DNA from: Archaeoglobus fulgidus DSM 4304
GTDB lineage: Archaea; Halobacteriota; Archaeoglobi; Archaeoglobales; Archaeoglobaceae
Direction: 5' to 3'
Length of the DNA: 32,000 nt
NCBI RefSeq assembly: GCF_000008665.1
Contig: NC_000917.1
Location: 2,100,001-2,132,000, forward strand
This document shows positions 26,237 through 32,000 of the stretch, piece after piece. The notes under the pieces are model-generated. The model was given only the letters and a program-made list of their open reading frames with translations. It was not told where the DNA came from and did not search any database. The translations under genes and the position numbers were made by a program. The stretch's first letter is position 1; every line of letters begins with the position of its first letter.

Positions 26237-28705
26237 ATGGTTACAAGAAGGGATTTTCTCAAAGCTACGGCCTTAACAGCAACTGCCATTTCCGCTGGCA
26301 TCAAGTTTCAGCCAAAATCATACGCTGAGGCAACAGCTGCAAGCGGTGAGGTGAAATTTGTACCCAACATATGTGCAATGTGTCCTGCAGCCTGCAGCAT
26401 ACAGGTCGAGGTCAGGGATGGAAAAGTTCACAGAATCCACGGCACTCCCGATCATCCGATAAACAACGGCAAAATCTGCGCGAGAGGAAATGCAGGAGTG
26501 CAGAGGGTTTACAACCCCGACAGGCTGAAAAAACCTCTCATAAGGACGGGTGAGAAAGGCACGTGGAGCTTCAGGGAGGCAAGCTGGGAGGAGGCTTTGT
26601 CGCTGATTGCGAGCAAGGTGAAGGAGTACCGCGAAATGGGGCATCCGGAATACATCGGCATGCTGGGAGGCTGGCTACCTTGCACCTACTACAAGCCGTT
26701 CTTCAAAGCTTTTCTGGCTGCCCTTGGCACTCCAAATGGAGGAGGAGTGCCTGAGGCTCTCTGCTTCCTCTCCAAGGCACTTGGCTGGAAGTCTGCCTAC
26801 GGCTTCGGGGCGCATCCGGAGCTTCTGACGGACTACGAGAATGCCAGATACGTCATAATGCTCCGTAGAAACGTTGCAGGTAGCATAAGCGTCGTCCATG
26901 GGTGGAGGCTGGGACAGAACAGGAGGAAGTTCAAGCTCGTCGTTCTGGATCCGAGATATAGTGAGACAGCTGCGAAAGCTGACGTGTGGCTGCCAATCAA
27001 GCCCGGCACGGACTTGGCGTTCCTTCTGGCAATGATGAACGTAATAATCAATGAGAAGCTCTACGACTCCAACTTCCTTGCAAAGTACTCCAACGCTCCG
27101 ATGCTGCTGAAAGACGGCAAGCCCTTCAAAGTGTGGGATGAGAATGGCAAGAAGAAGTACCTCGTCTTTGACCTCGCAAAGGGAGCTGCTGTTGAGCACG
27201 ACTCTGCGATGCTTCCCGCCCTTGAGGGGGAGTATGAGGTTGAAGGTGAGAAGGTAATTCCTGCCTTTGAGGCTCTGAAGAGGAGAGTCGCTGAATACAC
27301 ACCGGAGTGGGCTGAGGGCATTACGGACATTGAAGCGAAGAAGATAAGGGAGATTGCGAGGGAGTTTGCGCTGCGGAGGGGTGTAATCGACTCCGGATGG
27401 CACGGACCAAAGTACAGGAACAGCCTGCTGACATGGAGGGCTGCGGCAATTGTAAACGCCCTTGTCGGCTCTGTGAACAACGACGGGGGTTTGCTTTTCA
27501 CGGGCCTCGCCCAGTTTGTAACATCCAAAGAATCAACAACCGAGGCACCAAGCCAAAGCGTGCTGAGAATGTGGGCGGAGAAGAGGGGGATTGCAACAGC
27601 CTTCCTCGGACACACGGTTCAGGCGTTCTACGATGCGATTGTCAACGAAGACCCCTACCCGATAAAGATGCTCTTCGTCGTCGGGCACAACCTCCTGATG
27701 AACATGCCCGAGAGGCAGAAGTGGGAGGAGGCGTTGAAGAAGCTTGACTTCATGGTGGCTGTTGACATTCTCCCGCAGGACCACCTGTATTACGCTGATG
27801 TTGTTCTTCCCGAATCAACGTACATCGAAAAGGATGATCCACTTTTCCCGATCGCCTACGCCCCCGCATTCGGATTCCACACGAGAGTTAAGGCAATAGA
27901 GCCGATTTACGACACCAAGCACGTCATCGAGATGATGGTTGAGATTGCCTCAAGGCTTGGAACGGAGGACACCTTCTTCAAGGCTCTCAGCAAAGGCCTC
28001 GGCGTTGATGCTGAGAAGCTGAAAAGCTACTACCACGGAGAAGGTGTTGCGGGGATAAGGAGGGCTCAGGCAGAGGCAAAGGGCGTAAACTACAACGAGC
28101 TACTCTCGAAGGGCTATGTGCTGAAGGCAGGGAGGGACAAAATTGTTTACAACATGCCTTACAAGCAACCCCTTCCAACTCCAACGGGGAAGGTTGAGAT
28201 ATTCAGCTTCATGCTCGCCAACTTCGCATCGAAAGCGAGCGAGCCTTACTGGGATGCGTTGATTAAGTGGGTGCCGCCGAAGGTAAGCGAGAGAAAGCTG
28301 GGGAGCAATGAGTTCTATCTTGCCTACAGCCGCAGCCCATTCACAACTCACAGCTCAACCTCGGACAATCCATTGCTGGCGAAGCTTATAGATGATGCGG
28401 AACTCTACTACAAGGGCATCTGGATAAACAGCGAGAGGGCTGCTGAGCTTGGAATAAGGAACGGGGACAGAGTGGTTGTCGAGTCGGTCTTCACGGGGGA
28501 TAAAACCGAAGCGATAGCCTTCGTCAACGAGCTTGTGAGGAAGGACACAATTTTCACGGTTTCGGGATTCGGTCAAAGCAGTGAGAGGCTGACAAACATT
28601 CCCCAGAGAGGAATGACGATGATGAGGTTGATTCCTCTGCAGTTCGACACGCTCAGTGGCACAATAATGAGTCAGGAGACAATTGTGAGGATTACCAAGG
28701 CGTGA
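26237..28705 (+). CDS. Tat-exported molybdopterin oxidoreductase catalytic subunit (PsrA/PhsA/Ttr-like)
   Basis: Twin-arginine signal MVTRRDFLKATALTATAISAG; CAMCPAACSIQVEVRDGKVHRIHGTPDHPINNGKICARG Fe-S/MGD motif. Confidence 0.9.
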   Translation: MVTRRDFLKATALTATAISAGIKFQPKSYAEATAASGEVKFVPNICAMCPAACSIQVEVRDGKVHRIHGTPDHPINNGKICARGNAGVQRVYNPDRLKKPLIRTGEKGTWSFREASWEEALSLIASKVKEYREMGHPEYIGMLGGWLPCTYYKPFFKAFLAALGTPNGGGVPEALCFLSKALGWKSAYGFGAHPELLTDYENARYVIMLRRNVAGSISVVHGWRLGQNRRKFKLVVLDPRYSETAAKADVWLPIKPGTDLAFLLAMMNVIINEKLYDSNFLAKYSNAPMLLKDGKPFKVWDENGKKKYLVFDLAKGAAVEHDSAMLPALEGEYEVEGEKVIPAFEALKRRVAEYTPEWAEGITDIEAKKIREIAREFALRRGVIDSGWHGPKYRNSLLTWRAAAIVNALVGSVNNDGGLLFTGLAQFVTSKESTTEAPSQSVLRMWAEKRGIATAFLGHTVQAFYDAIVNEDPYPIKMLFVVGHNLLMNMPERQKWEEALKKLDFMVAVDILPQDHLYYADVVLPESTYIEKDDPLFPIAYAPAFGFHTRVKAIEPIYDTKHVIEMMVEIASRLGTEDTFFKALSKGLGVDAEKLKSYYHGEGVAGIRRAQAEAKGVNYNELLSKGYVLKAGRDKIVYNMPYKQPLPTPTGKVEIFSFMLANFASKASEPYWDALIKWVPPKVSERKLGSNEFYLAYSRSPFTTHSSTSDNPLLAKLIDDAELYYKGIWINSERAAELGIRNGDRVVVESVFTGDKTEAIAFVNELVRKDTIFTVSGFGQSSERLTNIPQRGMTMMRLIPLQFDTLSGTIMSQETIVRITKA

Positions 28706-28706
28706 G

Positions 28707-29264
28707 GTGGTTGAGATGGCAAGATACGGCATGGTCATAGACCTTGAGAAGTGTCTCGGCTGTGAGGCGTGCGTTACGGCATGCATCGAGGAGAACAACG
28801 TTCCCTACGAGACGGGGCTGAGAACCCAGGTTCACAGGGTTGTTACCGGCAAGTTCCCCAACGTCTCGACGATGTACATGCACAGAATATGCCAGCACTG
28901 CGAGCATCCCGGCTGTGTTCACGTATGCCCTACTGGGGCGAGCTACGTAAACGAGGATGGCATAGTTCTGATAGACTACGACCTCTGCATCGGGTGCAAG
29001 TACTGCATGGTCGCATGCCCTTACCTGGCAAGATATATCCACCCAGAGAGGCACACACCTGACAAGTGCACTTTCTGCGTTCACAGGGTTAAGGAGGGGA
29101 AGCTTCCGGCTTGCGTTGAGACTTGTCCAGCTAACGCGCGAATCTTCGGAGACCTCGATGACCCGAACAGCGAGGTGGCGAAGCTGGTGGCGGAGAACAG
29201 AGCTATCCCTATTGGCGCGGAGTACGGTACGAAGCCGAAGGTGTTTTATATAAGACCGAGGTGA
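28707..29264 (+). CDS. [4Fe-4S] ferredoxin-type subunit (DmsB/PsrB-like)
   Basis: Four cysteine clusters: CLGCEACVTACIEEN, CQHCEHPGCVHVCPTGA, CIGCKYCMVACPY, CTFCVHRVKEGKLPACVETCPANA. Confidence 0.93.
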   Translation: MVEMARYGMVIDLEKCLGCEACVTACIEENNVPYETGLRTQVHRVVTGKFPNVSTMYMHRICQHCEHPGCVHVCPTGASYVNEDGIVLIDYDLCIGCKYCMVACPYLARYIHPERHTPDKCTFCVHRVKEGKLPACVETCPANARIFGDLDDPNSEVAKLVAENRAIPIGAEYGTKPKVFYIRPR

Positions 29265-29268
29265 TAGC

Positions 29269-30186
29269 ATGCTCATCCTGAATCCCCAGCATTATTACCT
29301 CCTCCAGCAGCCCTGGTGGGGAATACTGATTGCATTCTACCTCTTCCTCGGCGGTTTGGGAGCGATGGCCTTCTGCATCAGCTTCTACTTCTGGAGGCAG
29401 AAGGGAAGCCAGTCGCTGGTTGTGGGAGGTTCGCTGCTCGGACTGATAGCTGTCTTAATCGGTACGCTTTTCCTGATCCTTGACCTCGGACATCCGGAGA
29501 GGTTCTACTTAGTCCTTCTGAGCCCGAGGCTCAACCCCTCATCCTGGATTGTGATAGGCTCAACGCTTCTCTCTGCGTTCATGCTGTTCGCAGCGCTCTT
29601 TGTCGCTCCAATGCTCCGCTGGTTCAAATGGGTGCCATGGGCAAAAAGCGAGGCTGCAATCAGAGCGTTCGGATGGCTTGCCTTCATCACAGGAATCGGC
29701 GTTGCTGCATACACGGGCATACTCATAGGAATTGTCTTCAACATCCCCTTCTGGAACGCTCCTGCTCTACCGGTGATATTCATGATTTCAGCCCTCTCAA
29801 CAGGCTTAGCATCGCTGATACTGCTGATGCTCGTGGTTGACAGAGAGGCTCATGAAATTCACGTGATGGCAAAAACAGACGGCTTCGTAATGATCTTCGA
29901 GCTGATAGTTCTGTCGATATTCCTGCTGATTAGGAGCTACGGGCCGGTTGCTGCCATAGAGTCTGTGAACACAGTCCTTTTCGGATGGCTCGCCCCCTAC
30001 TTCGTTGGAGGAGTGCTATTGATGGGCCTCGCCATTCCGATAATGCTCATATTCGGCTACGAGGTAAAAAGACCGGGAGTAACGGCGGTGACAGTGATAT
30101 CGGCAATATTCGTCCTGGTTGGCGGAGCTTTGCTGAGGTACGTCGTTCTTGAGGCGGGAATACTGCAGATTCCCTGCTGCATCTAA
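29269..30186 (+). CDS. NrfD/PsrC-like membrane anchor subunit
   Basis: Polytopic membrane protein; WWGILIAFYLFLGGLGAMAF...DLGHPERFYLVLLSPRLNPSSW NrfD motif. Confidence 0.9.
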   Translation: MLILNPQHYYLLQQPWWGILIAFYLFLGGLGAMAFCISFYFWRQKGSQSLVVGGSLLGLIAVLIGTLFLILDLGHPERFYLVLLSPRLNPSSWIVIGSTLLSAFMLFAALFVAPMLRWFKWVPWAKSEAAIRAFGWLAFITGIGVAAYTGILIGIVFNIPFWNAPALPVIFMISALSTGLASLILLMLVVDREAHEIHVMAKTDGFVMIFELIVLSIFLLIRSYGPVAAIESVNTVLFGWLAPYFVGGVLLMGLAIPIMLIFGYEVKRPGVTAVTVISAIFVLVGGALLRYVVLEAGILQIPCCI

Positions 30187-30228
30187 TTTCAAAAATTTTT
30201 AATTTTTTATGGCAGTTTTTACGAGGAT

Positions 30229-30663
30229 ATGACGAAAGGACATGCAATTGGACATGCCATATTCGCAACCCTCTACGTGATACAGGTAGCGGTTTCTGTT
30301 GTCTTTTTCAACTCTGCGGGTTTATGGTGGTTGGTTTATGCGGGTTGCATCACCTTTGCGTTTGGTCTAATCCTCCTTCTCTGGGCGAGCAGGGCACGAA
30401 GGAGGGGAGGGTTCGTTACTTCCGGTCCCTACGCTTTGGTCCGCCATCCTGAGTTTCTTGGGCACATTCTCGTGATCGTCTCACTTATACTTTTAGCCCA
30501 GCATGCAATGAGCCTGATAACAGGTGCAGTTCTGATTACTCTGCTGTACTTCGCGATGATTGAAGAGGAAAGAAGGAACGTGGAAAAGTTTGGAGACGCC
30601 TATTTGGAATACATGAAAAGAGTTCCGAGGGTGAATTTGTTGAAAGGGCTTAGAAAGTTTTGA
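30229..30663 (+). CDS. Isoprenylcysteine/phospholipid methyltransferase-like membrane protein
   Basis: GGFVTSGPYALVRHPEFLGHILVI...EEERRNVEKFGDAYLEYMKRVPR; ICMT/PEMT motif. Confidence 0.85.
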   Translation: MTKGHAIGHAIFATLYVIQVAVSVVFFNSAGLWWLVYAGCITFAFGLILLLWASRARRRGGFVTSGPYALVRHPEFLGHILVIVSLILLAQHAMSLITGAVLITLLYFAMIEEERRNVEKFGDAYLEYMKRVPRVNLLKGLRKF

Positions 30664-30696
30664 GGAAGTTTTTATGTAACCGAAACGAATTGGCTT

Positions 30697-31851
30697 ATGG
30701 ATGAAGCTCTAAGAGCGGGAAAAATCTCAGCTTTTGCCAATGTCGTTTTAACCGCCCTCAAGGTAGCGGCGGGAATTTTCGCGAATTCAACGGCTCTCAT
30801 TGCTGATGGTGTCCACTCCTTGGTCGACGTTCTCGGCTCGGTCCTCGTCTGGCTGGGGATAAAGGTTGCTGAAAGGCCTGCTGATGCAAGCCACCCATAC
30901 GGGCACTTCAAGGCTGAAAGCCTTGCTGAGATGGCGGTTGGGCTGATAATAATCCTTTCATCCCTCCTCATTATGCATGAAGCCATTTCGAGCGTCATCA
31001 ACGCTTCCGTGCCCACCTTCGAGCTTTACGCCGTAGCAGTAGCCATGCTTTCAGCCGTTGCAAATGAGCTCCTCGCGAGGTACAAGATAAGGGTCGGTTT
31101 GAAAACACGCTCGACATCTCTCATTGCGGAGGGAAAGCACTCCAGAGTTGACGTGCTCTCCTCATTAGCTGTTGTTGTCGGCTTCTTTTTCGTCTACTTC
31201 GGCTACTGGTGGGCCGATAGCGTCGTGGCGATAGCAATATCCGTTGTGATTTTGCAGATTGGCGGTTCGGTGCTGAAGAACTCCATAGACGTTCTCATGG
31301 ACAGGGTTGATGAGGAATTGGCGCTGAAAGTTAGGTCTGTAATTGAAAAGATTGATGGAGTGAAGTCCGTGGACTTCATAGGGACAAGGGGAACGATGAA
31401 GAGCAGGGTGGTTGAGGTTCACCTCACCGTCGATGCCGGAATGGATGCCGAGACCATCGCTGCACTGCAGAGGGAAATTTCAGAGGAAATAAAAGAGAGA
31501 ATTCCGGGTGTTGTTAACGTAGTTACTGTCGTAAACGTAACAAAGCCGAAGGTTCTCGCAATTCCGGTTGACTTGTATGGACACTACACGGGCGAACTCG
31601 ACTCCCCGAGGTTCGTCGTGGTGAACCTTGAGAGCGGGGAGAGAATGGTTGTGGAAAATGAGCACTACAGGGCTGAGAAGAGGAAGGGGTACCTGATTTC
31701 CGAGCTACTTGAGAAGCACGGGGTGAGCATGGTTGCCGTGAGAAAGGATGGAGAGGGGGCGAAAGCTCACCTCAAGAGCAGAGGCATACTGGTGAAAGTC
31801 ATTGACTCTGGGTTGAGGGATGTTGAGGATGTTTTGATGGCAGTTTCGTAA
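30697..31851 (+). CDS. Cation diffusion facilitator family transporter
   Basis: NSTALIADGVHSLVDVLGSV...HPYGHFKAESLAE...AEGKHSRVDVLSSLAVVVG; CDF signatures. Confidence 0.92.
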   Translation: MDEALRAGKISAFANVVLTALKVAAGIFANSTALIADGVHSLVDVLGSVLVWLGIKVAERPADASHPYGHFKAESLAEMAVGLIIILSSLLIMHEAISSVINASVPTFELYAVAVAMLSAVANELLARYKIRVGLKTRSTSLIAEGKHSRVDVLSSLAVVVGFFFVYFGYWWADSVVAIAISVVILQIGGSVLKNSIDVLMDRVDEELALKVRSVIEKIDGVKSVDFIGTRGTMKSRVVEVHLTVDAGMDAETIAALQREISEEIKERIPGVVNVVTVVNVTKPKVLAIPVDLYGHYTGELDSPRFVVVNLESGERMVVENEHYRAEKRKGYLISELLEKHGVSMVAVRKDGEGAKAHLKSRGILVKVIDSGLRDVEDVLMAVS

Positions 31852-31932
31852 ACAACATTTCTCGTAGCAGTTTAGACTCCAATCTGAAAAGCCACGAAAG
31901 GTTTAACTGGAACAATGCTAAGAAAATGACCA

Positions 31933-32000
31933 TGCCAGGACTTGAGTCCTTGCTGAGGGAGGAGCGAGTTTTCTACCCTCCCAAAGAGCTCGCCGAAAAC
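31933..32000 (+). CDS. acs: Acetyl-CoA synthetase, N-terminal fragment at window edge
   Basis: MPGLESLLREERVFYPPKELAEN... matches the typical Acs N-terminus; truncated. Confidence 0.5.

Noticed and set aside
26675-27615. Minus-strand ORFs of 242 and 184 aa opposite the molybdopterin subunit
   Set aside because: Shadow ORFs of a high-confidence gene; overlapping each other and without domain motifs.

Overview
The window looks like a hyperthermophilic archaeal chromosome, very probably Archaeoglobus-type (inferred from gene content; not database-checked). Positions 1 to about 5016 look like the right end of an integrated element: accessory genes, two disrupted genes, and an SSV-type tyrosine integrase gene on the minus strand whose 5' part is read through a 47-nt 3'-half of tRNA-Val(GAC). 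An IS630-like transposase tail follows. From about 5.7 kb onward the gene order is mostly ordinary: VapBC, MBL hydrolase, AIR-synthase-like protein, SufC/SufB, aminotransferase, GNAT, acyl-CoA synthetase, TPR protein, UPF0147, polyprenol-kinase-like protein, IMPase/FBPase, NAD kinase, cohesin/dockerin surface proteins, a NifX/MinD/Mrp cluster, MBL protein, a three-subunit molybdopterin oxidoreductase operon, methyltransferase, CDF transporter and the start of acs. The ORF track misses several things. There is a textbook C/D box sRNA on the minus strand (about 11041-11097). A three-hairpin H/ACA-type RNA lies at about 19145-19357 and resembles the known three-hairpin A. fulgidus class. A decayed VapBC pair sits downstream of suf. 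Frameshifts split a rhomboid protease and the beta-propeller/cohesin/dockerin protein. A 30-nt exact repeat is shared in frame by two unrelated genes (25394-25423 and 31409-31438). I did not find convincing evidence for a wholly new multi-gene system. The strongest leads are the RNA genes, the integration boundary and the NifX/MinD cluster.
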